A DNA stretch of 64,000 bases from Lama glama (GCA_028534125.1 CM052817.1:46006001-46070000); one strand, 5' to 3'. Shown: positions 1-12,285, counted from the first letter of the stretch. The notes: generated from the sequence alone by a model not told the origin. Numbers and translations are program-made.

Positions 1-489
1 TAACTTATCTTTTCCACTAGACTCTGGAGATATAGTTAGCTTCTTTCAAATTTTTAGCTACTTACTCCTTAGGAGAATTTTGGAAAAACTAATATGTTTT
101 TAAGTTGAGATCTAGAGAGTTTTATTAGACATTTAGATCATTGCAAAGGATATAACTTTGTGCAGATGTGTAGATGTAAATATTCACACTTTAAAATAAA
201 ACTGTTACATCCAAGAGAATGTATACATCAAAGTGTTTGATACCCAGTATCATCCACCTAAGAAGAGTTAGTTAGGATAGAGAAAAGCACAAGAGAAAAT
301 TGCTGCTACTCTAAGGATAACAAGCCAGAGAGTCTACAAAATCCTGGTTTGTGGAGCCCATTAGAGAACTAAGGTTGCAAGGTTGTCACCTGATGAGTTG
401 TGTGCTCCATGAGGGCACCCACCTGCCAGCTCTGTCTTCAGGTCTCTGCCTTATAAGATGACTTTAACATGTGTCTACTAGAAAGATCT

Positions 490-665
490 GGTCAGGGATT
501 GGGGTCAACTACAGAGGGGTACAAGGAGACTTTTGGGGATGAAAGGTCCATTCTATATATTGTATTGGGGGTTGCAAGATAAATAAAATTATCAAAATTC
601 ATCAAAATTATTCACTTAAAAGAAGTGGATTTTATTATGTGTAAATTATACTTCAGTCAAGCTGA
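490..665 (+). mobile_element. Old L1 (L1MC/L1ME-type) 3' UTR fragment
   Basis: 'ggggtacaaggagacttttggggatga...ttcacttaaaa...tttattatgtgtaaattatacttca' resembles the old L1M 3' terminus. Confidence 0.7.
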
Positions 666-809
666 AGAAAACATACTTTGGGGTAAAACAAGTGGCAGAA
701 TTTTGTAAGCAACATGATACTCCTTACATAATTTTTAAAACATGAAAAAGACTAAATCGTGTTTATGGATAACAACATTCATGGAAATGGTAAATACCCA
801 ATTTGAGAT

Positions 810-1305
810 CAAAATGCACCAGTAACACACCTCCAGTCCGTGTCGGGTTTCTTGGCTCAGTGAGGGAGGCAGCACACCATCGGGAGCTGCGCGAGGCACC
901 AGTAGGGGTTGTTGGGAGGAGCTTGTCATAGGGTCCAGATTTGTGCTAGGTGATTTGGGGAAGGATTCTGTGAAGCATGGTTTTGCTCTGAGGCTTTCAG
1001 AAAGTCAGGGCAATTCTGGACAATTGGGTATCTTAACCATTTTTAACTAGGAGGAATGAAGTGAAACTTCATTGGAAAGAGTCAGCAAAATTCAGCTCTT
1101 ACTCATGTTAGCTGGACCAATGGGATGCTTGGCTATTTTTGTAACTTCCCAGTGTTCTTGTTTTCATCTATGCTCAGACATGCTTACTATCTGGTCTTGC
1201 TCTAATATAGTGACAAGAGTGGTTTTGTATGGTTTTCTGTTAAACTGTTTTTATTCAGCAGGAAGACACCAAGGCCATTTCCAAGCTGATAGAAGCCAGG
1301 TGTGT
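810..1305. mobile_element. Degenerate ERV-type LTR (MER67-like; family uncertain)
   Basis: 'ttgtgctaggtgatttggggaagg', 'tgctcagacatg' and 'caggaagacaccaaggcc' resemble old ERV1 LTRs as I recall them. Confidence 0.45.
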
Positions 1306-1359
1306 TTTTTTCATACTCAGTCTAAAATAAAACTTCTCACTATTTCTCTCCCCTTATAC

Positions 1360-1562
1360 TGCTTTATTTTTATTTGTTATTTTTCTTTATAGCACATGCC
1401 ACTCATCACCATAATACACCAAACATGTTGTTTCTTTGTCCATTATCTATATCATTCTACATGTAAATTCCACAGAAGTCAGTATTCACTTGTTTCATCC
1501 ATAGTACCTTTGTACTCTCCAGGAATATAGTAGATGTTCAATATGTATTTGCTGAATGAATT
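1360..1562 (+). mobile_element. L2 3' end fragment
   Basis: Ends in the L2 tail 'tagtagatgttcaatatgtatttgctgaatgaa'. Confidence 0.7.
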
Positions 1563-2544
1563 TGTTCAATAACTTAATAATTTTCACAATCACACATAAA
1601 AACAAACCAATTTATAAACAGCCAAAAGATGGACAAATATCATCGTCACAGTGTATGAAATTAAGTATAATTCATATTTAAATAAAGGCACAATGAACAG
1701 ATGGTTACCAAATGACGTATAGTAATGAATGCTGTATTGCTATAAATCATGGTGTGACTTTTACAATTTTCAAATGTCTGACTATCTTTTACACAGAGTA
1801 TAACTAGCTGTTTAATCTCTGCAGGAAAAAAATGGGATTAAGATATAAAAACAAATTCCCCAGTTGGACAGGCTGCTAAAGCTGGACTAGTTACATACGT
1901 ATGAATGAATTATTACAGAACTTTTAAGAAGGAAGTCAAAAGTACTCATTTGATAATATACATTCATATATTTTGCACACCTGTATAATAAATTTTTCTT
2001 TCAATACTTTTCTTAAGTTTCACAAAAATAAGTTTCATAAGAAACTTACTTTTATGAATTACACGCATACACTATTTAAAGCCACCATTCATATTACTTT
2101 ACTAAAATGCTGCTTATCTTTAAAGTGATGTACGTGTGTGCACATGCACATGTATGTGTATGCATTCCCCATTCACCACCCAGTGAGCTGATTGCTAGTA
2201 GAACAAACAGAACTGAAAACCTCCTGCAATGTTGCCAGCCAGTGAATGCTCAGGGGCACTGTCTTGAGAGTGACTGGGTCAGTGTGCCCTCAGTTATGAA
2301 ATTAACCTTCATAAAAATTCCTGCAGCAGAGCCTCCTAAAATATTTCCTTTTTATTTCTATTTCCCTCGTGAGGTCTCATTATTATTTCCCTTTTAGGGA
2401 AATAAGTCATATTGACCTGTTGTAAAAATTGAAAACTCAAAAAGGAAATGAAAAATTAAAGCTTCTATACTTCTAAGGTCTATGTCTCCATAATCAAAGT
2501 CAATGGAAGAACCAATCTATTGGATCAGTCCAATCTAACAATAA

Positions 2545-2720
2545 TAATACACGTTAGCCATCATTTATTGCCACTATGTGCCAGCTAATCTGATAAATGC
2601 TTTACATGCATTATCTCCTTTAACTCTTAGAACATTGAGATTTATAACTCCCATCTTAGAGACAAAAAACAAAGGATAAGAGATATCAAATTTTACCTTA
2701 TAATTGACAAAGTAGCCTCA
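2545..2720 (-). mobile_element. MIR, interrupted by an MLT1 LTR and resuming at ~3202-3225
   Basis: 'catttattgccactatgtgccag...tgctttacatgcattatctcctttaa...cccatcttagaga'; continues as 'caaggtctgtctgac' after the LTR. Confidence 0.7.
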
Positions 2721-2725
2721 TAAAC

Positions 2726-3196
2726 TGTGGTAGACAGAACAACTCCACAAAGAAGACTGAGTTCTACTCCCCAGAACCTGTGAATATGTTACTTTACAAG
2801 GCAAAGGGGACTTAACAGATAAGAGTAAGGTTTTTGAGAGGGATGATTACCCTGAATTCCAATGTGACCACAATTATCTTTATAAAAGGGAGGTGGGAGC
2901 ATCAGATCAGAGAATAGATGTGACTACAGCAACAGATGATGGAGTGAAGTAATTTGAGATGAAACAAGCAGCTATGAGCCAAAGAATAAAAGTATTCTCT
3001 AAAAGCTGGAAAAGGCAAGGAAAAGATTTTCCTTTAGGGCCTCCAGCAGGAATGCAGCCCCACTGACACCTAGATTTTAGTCTTGTAGTCCCATTTCAGA
3101 ATTCTGACCTCTGGAACTATAAGATAATAAATTTATGTTGCTTTACACCACTAAGTTTGCGGTAACTTGTTACAGCAGCAACAGGAAACTAATACA
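2726..3196 (+). mobile_element. MaLR solo LTR (MLT1D-like) with 5-bp TSD TAAAC
   Basis: TG...CA termini ('tgtggtagacag' ... 'ggaaactaataca'), internal AATAAA, and TAAAC at 2721-2725 and 3197-3201. Confidence 0.9.
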
Positions 3197-3255
3197 TAAA
3201 CCAAGGTCTGTCTGACCCCTCTGTTATATCGCCATGTGATAAGATGTGTGTTTTA

Positions 3256-3267
3256 GCTGACTCAGCA
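3256..3267. promoter_or_regulatory. MARE/ARE-like motif GCTGACTCAGCA (Maf/NFE2/BACH class)
   Basis: Matches 12 of 13 positions of the T-MARE TGCTGACTCAGCA. Motif only; no functional evidence. Confidence 0.3.
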
Positions 3268-3910
3268 ACGGGTTGGTTATATCAGACAAATTAAGCTGAA
3301 GGAAAGCTGTAATCTCCCTCTAATTAATGGAAGTCATATTTCGTCTGCATATTTGCAACTTGCTTCATGAAACATGACCTCTGCTTCCATTGTATATGCT
3401 AAGGAAGTGTGTTCTTTCAATGAGTTGTTCCAGATGAAGTTACTTTGTGTGCTCTGTCCAAAAAAGATCTTTAATTTACTTAGGGATGAGTAATAAGCAA
3501 TTTTAATATTATATTCAGTCATCTGTGCTTATTGTACAACTGCTTGATCTTCTAGTTTTAACATGAATATTGATTTGGCCACTCAACCTAATCTCTTTGT
3601 GTGTATGTTTTGAAAAGCATGAAGGTGAAAACCAAGCTACAGCTAATGCTTCATCAAAATAGAATTACAAACCAGGATAATTATAACTGTCTTTATCAGC
3701 AATCCTCCTTTAGCAGGTATCTCATTATGGGATTAATGTCTTTTCTTAAATATCAGCCCCTATGGTAAGGTGATCTGAGGTGAATTGTCCATTTTTTAAG
3801 GGAGAGAATCACCATGTGTCAGTTTCTCTTCTACTTCAAAAAATGAAGTTCAACAAAGACGGAAGCTTTCTGAGAGATGATGGTAAATGTCACATGCTGG
3901 CAATGCCTCC

Positions 3911-4080
3911 TTTCATTTACCAAATATTCATTGAGCACCTATGACGTATTGTAGGAGCTGAGATCACACTATTGGATGAACTAGATAAAGAGTGGGGTTT
4001 ATTTTCAAGTGTGCAAGATAAAAATAACAGTAACATATAAAAACATAAAGATTAGAGGTTTCATGAAGAAAATGTAGTAA
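3911..4080 (-). mobile_element. L2 3' fragment
   Basis: 'tttcatttaccaaatattcattgagcacctatg' is the reverse complement of the L2 tail. Confidence 0.6.
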
Positions 4081-4621
4081 AACTGAAAGTGGATGTATTG
4101 TAAGACCAACATCTGGTTTCAATACCCAGAACAGAAGAAAAAGTGGAGAAACAGTTATCTCAGAGTTAGCTCATTTCATTATAAATAAATCATTGTGGGA
4201 AATGTAGATCTTATGAGGAGGAAAAGAAGAAAGACCATTTACTACAGATCTTGTATATTGGCTCATCTGTTTAGTTGACATATGCATTCAATGATAACTC
4301 TTTTCACCACAAACCCTCTATACCAAAGACTGGGCAACTTAGAGGCTGATTTTGCTCTCTGGGTAATGTATTCCAAAACCTTGTGTAATCCAGAAGTCTT
4401 GGGATGTTAAAGAGGTCACTTCTAGTCTAAGTGTCTTGTTATTCATCTCCAGTCAGGCTTGATAGGGAAGTGTTTTCACACTCTGTAAAACAACTGGCCG
4501 CCAAACTTCTTACCTGTGGAGAAAAGATAAGGTAGAAAATCCACCTGAGACATGGCATATACACATGGATCTCTCTTTGCTGTTTCTGAGAGCCCAGAGT
4601 TTCCCTCTTTATATATCTTAG

Positions 4622-5228
4622 CGTATTAGTTTAGTATTGCTGCTGGAAAAAATCACCACAAACTCAGTGTTTAAATAACACAGATTTATTGTCAGTTTGT
4701 TAACAGTTCTGGGGGGCATATATAAATCAAGGTACGAAGAGGGCATATTCATTTCTAGAGGCTCTAGTAGTTTGCTATTGTTATCTACAGGTTGTCAATA
4801 GAATTTAGTTCCTTGTGACTGTAGGGCTGAGATTTCCACTTGCTTGTTAGCTGTCAACTGAGGGCCATCCCTAGATTCTAGAAGATTCTCTCATTCCTTG
4901 GCTCATGGCCCTATTCCTCCACCTTCAGATCCAGCAATGGCAGGTCAAGTAACTTTCACATCTCTCCCTGACTCTTCTTCTATCCTCTGACCCTTCTTTC
5001 TTTGTCATCTCTCTCTCTCTGACCATGGTCAGGAAAGATTTTCTACTTTTAAGGACTCCTATGATTACATTGGGCTCACCCAGATAATCTAGGAAAATTT
5101 TTCCATCTCAAGGTCCTAAATGTTAATCACATCTGCAAAGTCCCTTTTGCCATGTAAAATAGCATATTCACAAGTTCTACAGATTAGGATGGGGACATGT
5201 TTGGAGGGCAATTTTTCTTTCTACCACA
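4622..5228 (-). mobile_element. MaLR solo LTR (MLT1D/E-like)
   Basis: Runs 'cgtattagtt...tgctgctg' to 'gattacattgggctcacccagataatc...cacatctgcaaagtccctttt...ctaccaca'. Degenerate TSD CTTAG (4617-4621) / CTGAG (5229-5233). Confidence 0.85.
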
Positions 5229-5296
5229 CTGAGTTTGGGGGCAGAGTTAAGAAGGTGAGAAAAATGAAGGAAGGGAGGAATTACAGCTGCTGCAGC

Positions 5297-5410
5297 TGTG
5301 TGTGTGTGTGTGTGTGTGCATGTAATGTGTGTATGCTTGAGTGTGTAATGGCTGAAACTGCATCTATGTGTGTGAATGTAATGCATGCAGGTGTGTGGTG
5401 TGTGTGTGTG
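5297..5410. repeat. (TG)11 followed by a degenerate TG-rich tract
   Basis: Read directly from the sequence. Confidence 0.9.
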
Positions 5411-7369
5411 CAAACACAAATGCGTATATATAGGTGTTCATTATGAATAGAGAGCTACTTTTTTAAAGCTCTTAGTTGTATAGACAAAAACTTTAATAAC
5501 AGAAGATTATAAACATTATGTTGATATTGCAAAGGATAGCCTCCTTTCCCTCATTCTTTCTTCTTCAAATTCATTAGACTCCAATCCACAGTGTGGGCAT
5601 GGAGATATTAATTACATGCCATTCTGGCTGAGTCCAAGTGCGAAGAAAATAATCTTTATTCCTACTCCTAGATGCAAGAGTTCTAAATTGAGACTATTAA
5701 ATGGACCACTTTCTCTGAGTTGAATTTTCTATGGAGGAAATAGGTTCAATGAATTTAATTGGTTGTTCAGTGGAGTGAGGAATATTAAACTGCTCCCTCC
5801 ATGGAGACATGGCCTTTCAATATAGCTTTGGATAGTGTCTTGAATATAAAATAAAACTTGGTTATACTAGATTGCCAGTGATTCAAAATCTAAGATTATT
5901 TGAGTTGGCAATAGGTAAAAGTATACCCATGTGATATTGGTTTTAGTTGGACCTTATTAAGCAACTAAATATTGTAAACAAGATTTTAAGAAAATATGCA
6001 AGTAGCTTAAAAATATAGTTGATACAAACAAGCAATACCCACTCCTGGTTTCTGTATATAAAATTAATTAAATTTCATGAATTTAAAATATTTTTAATAA
6101 CAATCATGTTCTTAATTTTTAAATTTCACTTTATGGGTTTCCAAAACCTTTAACATGGTCAGCCTTAGAAACAGTTCCTGAAAATGGTTATATAGTAATT
6201 TGACCAAGCTGCCACTCTTTTCTTGCAGAGTCTGTAATTACTTAGCCTTTCCTGAATAGGAATTCAGGAGGGGAAATATTTTCAATATCAATTGTCTTCA
6301 TGTATAAGATCCTAGACATTGTTTTATACATTCACTAAAGTTTTATTGACAGACTGCTATTTATGAAACTGGGAATCATATAAAAATCAGACCAGGTTTC
6401 CTCTGATACCTTTTAGAAGTTCATTATCTATGAAAGAATTCTAAGCCCTTATGACAATTTTAATAAAAAGCATGGTGTTTTGCTTTGTTTAATGTTTTCT
6501 TTTGCTGATTAAAAAAGTGAATTGTCTTAGGAAACATTTTAAATGTGGATGGAGCTGTCGCTATGGTATCAAAATAGTGGTGATAACCCCAGGTCTTTCG
6601 GTTTTTGTAATTAACCTCTGCCTTCTACTACAAGTAATATGTAAGCTGTTTTTGCCAGCCATTGATGTCAAAGCTAAAAATTATCACGTTCAGCACCCTG
6701 AGAAATCAGATAAAACGATCTTGTTCTATTTCAGAGACTCCCAACCAACGGGCTACAGACAAGCTGAGAGCCATTGATCAGGCCCTCAGAGCTTTCATTT
6801 GTGCTGTCCTGAATGTATGTGCCGGCTGTACTAGTTCTGGCCGACACCAGAGCACACTGCTTTGTTACTGCAGGGCAACATCTAATACACGTAGGGCATG
6901 GCTTTCTCCTAACCTGCTTCACTTCCAGAGGAACTGGCTTCAGCATCCCTTGTTTTCTCCTTTTTACTGATATTGAGCCTTAAGATTCTAAGGACCATGA
7001 ACCGAAACAGTGAAAAAGATCCATTAGGTCTCAACCCTTCACCTTTCTGGTACAAAGAGAGGAAGAAAACCGAAGATGTTATGAAGGTCCCAATTGTCCC
7101 TAGCACAGTGAAAAAGAGTTTTCTGTGCTTTATATCACTATGGCTTCTGAGACCCCAACAGCCTGACGCTATGAACGCTGAAAGAACCCACACCCATATT
7201 GGACACGGTTCCCAGCCCTTGTAAGGAGACCCAGTAACTTGAGAAAGGAAGGCTAAGATGAAGCACTGATATCTCCTGTTGAGGTGGAGCTGGCAGGAGT
7301 GACAAAGAATTTTGTTAAAGTGTAATGAGAAAAAAATGAATTGTAAATTTCTCTTTTCTAATATTTAAA

Positions 7370-7440
7370 TGGGAATGGGAGGTATATGGGAACTCTTTGT
7401 ACCTGAAATTGCTCCAAAAATAAAGTTTATTAATTAAAAA
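7370..7440 (+). mobile_element. Old L1 3' terminal fragment
   Basis: 'ggtatatgggaactctttgtac...ctccaaaaataaagtttatt'. Confidence 0.55.
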
Positions 7441-7855
7441 TATGTATTTATTTATTTTTCATTGTTAGTAAAAACATTTATTTTGCATTTTATAAGAACA
7501 ACCTGAAGTCTGCATCATGACTTGACAGTTATCCAGTGGTTTTCAGACAGTATTACCCATCTCAGTAGCGTGGTTCTGGGGATTAGGAATACACAAACAC
7601 AGGCTGGAGCTGTGAGGGAGGAGAGGGCACAGCAGGAGTGTATTTCAATCCTTTCTTGAAAAGAAAAGGCAGTAGACCATTCTGAGTCACTGGAAACCTC
7701 TGCATATGGGGCTTCTAAAAACAAACACTGTACTGTGAGCTCTTGGGGAGGGGCAGGATAAGGACCCTGATAAATAAAGCTGGTTTTAAATTATATATGG
7801 AAAGACAGACAGTATTTCCATTAATACTTTTTAAGAAGTTCATCACCTATGAAAG

Positions 7856-8070
7856 AATTCTAGAAAAGGCAAAACTACATAATGTCAGAAAGCAGATGAG
7901 TGGTTGCTGAGACTATAGGGAAGTCAGAGAATTGATTGCAAAGGGGCATGAAGACACTTTCAGGGAGTTGGAATTATTTTATATCTTGATTACAATGATG
8001 GCTTTACAACTACAAAATTCATTAAATTATTGATATCTAAAATGAGTAAATTTTATTGTATCTCAACAAC
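7856..8070 (+). mobile_element. Old L1 (L1ME/MC-type) 3' UTR fragment
   Basis: 'ctagaaaaggcaaaactac...gaaagcagatgagtggttgc...attgcaaaggggcatga...atatcttgatt'. Confidence 0.7.
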
Positions 8071-9369
8071 ACCACTGAAAACGTGTGTGGGGGCTGGGGA
8101 GGCTTCCCAAGAAATGAACCAGAAGTGCCACTGACATTCATAATGGATGATGAGTTCACTTAGCTCTCTGAAGGAAAAATACCAAAGATGTATCTTTAAT
8201 TTGATTGTTGTGCTATTAAAATCTTTCTATCTTTTGGATGAAAGAGCAGTTTTTGTTACATAGACTCTCTGTATTAACCCTTCCCACTTTTTACCCAATA
8301 ATTGTAATAACAGCCCGATAAAGAGTTAGTAGTAAATCTAAAAGGAATACAAAGTGAACCCTAGTTTCTTCAATACTTGTTACCAAGAGATGAGAACTAA
8401 TAGCCCCAACAAATACAAGAAGGATCATAACCTCATATCATAAACTTTTAAAAAGTGACCATGAAATGTAGAAGCCTTGAAAACTCTGGTGCAAAATAGT
8501 GGGAAAAGGCCCCCAACGTCACCTCTTTCCTCAATCAGTTGTCAAATTCAAGAGAATTCTCATGAGTGTTTTCTGCTTGTAAAAAAGAGGAACTGAGGTG
8601 TAAGTGGGAAGGTCTGGGAAAAGTTAGAGGAAAACATTTAGAGGGAAAATTGGCTGCAAAAATTTCCCACCTTCTAGGTCTGTTGAATTGAGGAAGATGA
8701 GAAAAAATCTACAGGAAAGAATTGCACTTATGGTTGAGTGGGCCCTGGTACTTGACTTTCCTCTGCCCTCAAAGACAAAACTATGGCCAAGACCTCTAGC
8801 AGGGGCTGCCCCAAGACACCAATGAGTTCTTTCCCTTTCTCATTCTTTCTCTGTCTGAACATTGGCTAGAAATTAACTCCCAGAACCTGTACTGAAGTTC
8901 ATTGAAGTAAAGATAAACTAATTGAAGTTATGTTGTGTAGAATGTCAAGGAGCAGTCATTCAAATTATATGAGAGATAAGAGAGAGTGTGTACAACACTG
9001 CCTAATTTAAGCATGCGATGGATACAAAGAAATGGCATGGCAACTAAACAAAATAAAGGAAGGGCCATTGGGTATAAAAATGTGATGAGCCCTGTAAGGT
9101 AAGAAAACATAAACTGCAGAAGAGAAGGGTATCCTTGAGTACTTTGTGCTGTAGAAGAACATCATAAGAATATAATTCAATAAAACAACTTTTAAAATCT
9201 GAAACAGCAGAAGAATGAGATAGAAAAATCAATTTCAAACTAAGGGAAAATGTCTAAATATGATAGAAACAGCAAGTAACATACTACACGTGGTTGACAG
9301 GCAAATAAATGGCTTGATGAGAAACCTTGACATTATCAGAGCTAATATAGAAGGAAAAATAAAGATTAA

Positions 9370-9615
9370 AGAGGCTATTTTATTTGTTTTCCTTTACAAT
9401 ATGTAAGCTTTTTTTTCCTCTCCCTCCCTCCGTCCCTCTCTCTTACCGTCCCTCCCTCCTACCGTCCCTCCCTCCCTCCCTCCTTCCCACTTCCTTCCTT
9501 CCTTCCTTCCAGCACTGTCTAGGACTTCCAGGAAAACGTTGGATAGGAGTTGTGAGGGGACATCCTTGACTATTCCTGAACTCAAGTGGAGAGTATTCAG
9601 GCTTTTACCATTTCT
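9370..9615 (-). mobile_element. L1 ORF2 (RT region) fragment containing an expanded purine/pyrimidine tract
   Basis: Minus-strand translation NGKSLNTLHLSSG...LLSNVFLEVL aligns with L1 ORF2 NGEKLKAFPLRSG...LLFNIVLEVL. Confidence 0.8.
9408..9510. repeat. (CCCT)n/(CCTT)n polypyrimidine tract
   Basis: Read directly from the sequence. Confidence 0.9.
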
Positions 9616-10735
9616 CGATTTTTTCTGTGATGAGGTTCTCAAACCTGTGTCCAGCTGCATTTGGTTGATATAAAACTATGTGATATTTAAAAGTATTCAG
9701 AATAAATCATTTTCTTCAAGTTCCCTTTCTGATCATCCTATATATTTCAGATCTAATAGGCCTTTTTCTATAAATAGGAGATAAGATGGAGATTAATGCC
9801 AGTGATTTGCAGAACAACCCAAATAGTTTTTTTGACTTTTTGTTGGCTTATCTAAGATGAATACATCCACAGATAAATTATCTGATTCATATTCATTGGA
9901 AATCATAGGTAAGCCATTCTATTTTCCCCCTCCTCTCATGGATGCTAGGATTGTTATAAATCTTCAAATAGCTAGACTTTCAATATGTTCTCATAAAGAT
10001 TTTTTATTCAATTTTTTTTTCACTTTCTGATCATTAAGGGTGTGCTAGCATGGGACCAAAGCATTTTATAACTAGGATATGTGCAGTGGCAGGTTGTTCT
10101 AAGGACTGTTAGAGTTGGGACTGCACCATCTGTGGTTGTTATGAATCCATTTTGACCATCTAGCTGGTGAAGAAGATTGGAACTGTGTTTAGGAATATGT
10201 TCATGCTGTTGACCTATGCAAGGAGTTCTAGTTCAGTTTTGTGTTTTGGTAATTTTGCTATTGATATCTCTGTCCTAGATCGTGAAGAGTGGATGCGGTT
10301 GTTCCTTTATTCTCCATAGGATGAGACAGGCCACATATGTTCTGGAGTTATCGGTTAATTGTCTGAAGAAATAGTATTCAACTGTTACCTTATCTTCTAA
10401 GGCTAAAGCTACCAAATATTTATTTCTTTTTCTCCCCTCTATTTCCCAATTCCTCTGAAAATAAAAGTAACTGTTAGTTACTTCTTTTAAATTATTTCAT
10501 ATATCATTTCTTTTATCCTCTTGCCACAACTGATACAACCATGACTGCTCATTTGTTTCTCTTTCAACCAGATCCACTCCATCTAAACATCCAGAATTAG
10601 GTGTGTAGCAAGGTACTCTTTATCTTTCTCTGCTCATAAAATTGATTATTTCAATAATTATTGAAGTCAAAGGACTTAGCCCAAACCATGCATATATCTC
10701 TCATGCATTTATTAATTTCTTCTTTCCTTGCTTCA

Positions 10736-10798
10736 ATCTATATCTATATCTATATCTATATCTATATCTATATCTATATCTATATCTATATCTATATC
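10736..10798. repeat. (ATCTAT)n hexanucleotide repeat, about 10 copies
   Basis: Read directly; explains the LYLYLY run in ORF 10642..10878. Confidence 0.95.
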
Positions 10799-11295
10799 TT
10801 TATATATGGAAAACCTGCTGTCTGTATTTATTAGATTCTGTTCTTCAGTGTTGGAGAAGAAATAATAATAAACATTAACCCTTCACAAACATAATTAGAA
10901 TGGGAGACAGAAACATAACAAAATAAAGAAAAAGAATTGTTGAAGTGTTGTGATAGTACTAGGGAAAATGTTCTATGGATGCATAGAGGAAAAAGATGAG
11001 AGATTCTCTTTAACATTGAGTCCAACAAAATACCTGCTAAACAAAAGAAAGTGTTCTTAGATGTTTGTAAGTTTCTGAAATGTGTAGGATCAGCTACTCA
11101 ATGCTAGCAGTGAGAAACATAACCCCATTGTCAACTGATCTGACTTTAAATTATGCATATTCCATATCCAGACACTTGTCCTTCACAAAATAGCACAGGA
11201 AAGAAACTACTTCATAGACAAAAGAACACATTTTAAACATAAGGATCAGTGCAACCTGGGGCCTGAGAATCTCTGGAGCTTAGAATCCCCAGAGC

Positions 11296-11329
11296 TGTCA
11301 TATTTCCCAGGAAATAATAGACTTCTATT
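11296..11329 (+). repeat. 34-bp exact direct repeat, copy 1
   Basis: TGTCATATTTCCCAGGAAATAATAGACTTCTATT, identical to 12256-12289. Confidence 0.95.
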
Positions 11330-12255
11330 ATAGACTTCCAAGTCTTATAGCATTGTCATCATAATTAAGCAAAATCAATATGCCTTTATTATCACAGTAC
11401 ATTGCATACATAGATACTACTAAAAAGTTTTATTCTAAAAAAATCACACATGTGAATATGATAGAGGTGGCCAAACATGAAATGAACAGGAATATAGACC
11501 CAGAATTATATGTAAAGCAAAGGGAAATTTCAGTTTGTTTACTCAGTTAAGTGAATAGGAGAAGTCTGAAACTTTATTTAGAAATAGGACAACTCTTTCT
11601 TTTCTAGGAAAGACATTGTTATCTGAAAGTCACCAACATAGTTCAATAAAAGCACTAGAACAAACACCAAGTCTCCCATTATTGATAAAAAGTAGTTGGA
11701 GGACCATTAAGAATTGTATTCCTTGATTGGTTGACTGATTGATTGATTTAATCAAAAGAACTTCTTGAAAATTATAAGATGTATAGAACTGGACTAAATT
11801 TCAGTTTAACCTCACAGCAATTTTTCCTGAATTTTGCTTAGCATTGGTTTCTACTACTTGGAAAATGTCTGTTGACTGTGATAGCATTAGATTCTCTTCA
11901 AAGACTCTCTCATTACCAGGAAAGAACATGATTACACCCACAGGCAGAACATACAGTACCTTGGTAATATAAACGTCCCATTTCTTGTTCAAACAAATAT
12001 GCTGTGTGGTTTGTTTGAAGTCTTTTCTCATGACCATCTGTTCTCACAGGACAGGTGAAGGCAATGATTCCTTTCTCACTAATAGCTCTCTTCAACACCA
12101 AAAGCATTACATGTTTCTTAGCAAGCAGGAATATTAGGGGTGTTGGTAGTCACTTCTCGGCTTTTACTATTAAAAAATATTCACCCATGGGAAAACTTAA
12201 CCATTTAGAATGAAATGTAAAATCCCCTACTCCTCCACTCTCTATATATAAAAGT

Positions 12256-12285
12256 TGTCATATTTCCCAGGAAATAATAGACTTC

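Noticed and set aside
5120..5446. Cys/Val- and His/Thr-rich overlapping ORFs
   Set aside because: They are translations of an MLT1 end plus the TG microsatellite.
8560..9365. Purine-rich stretch possibly derived from an old L1/HAL1 5' region or ORF1
   Set aside because: It is too degenerate for me to assign without a profile search.
10642..10878. ORF with an LYLYLY repeat
   Set aside because: It is the translation of the (ATCTAT)n repeat.
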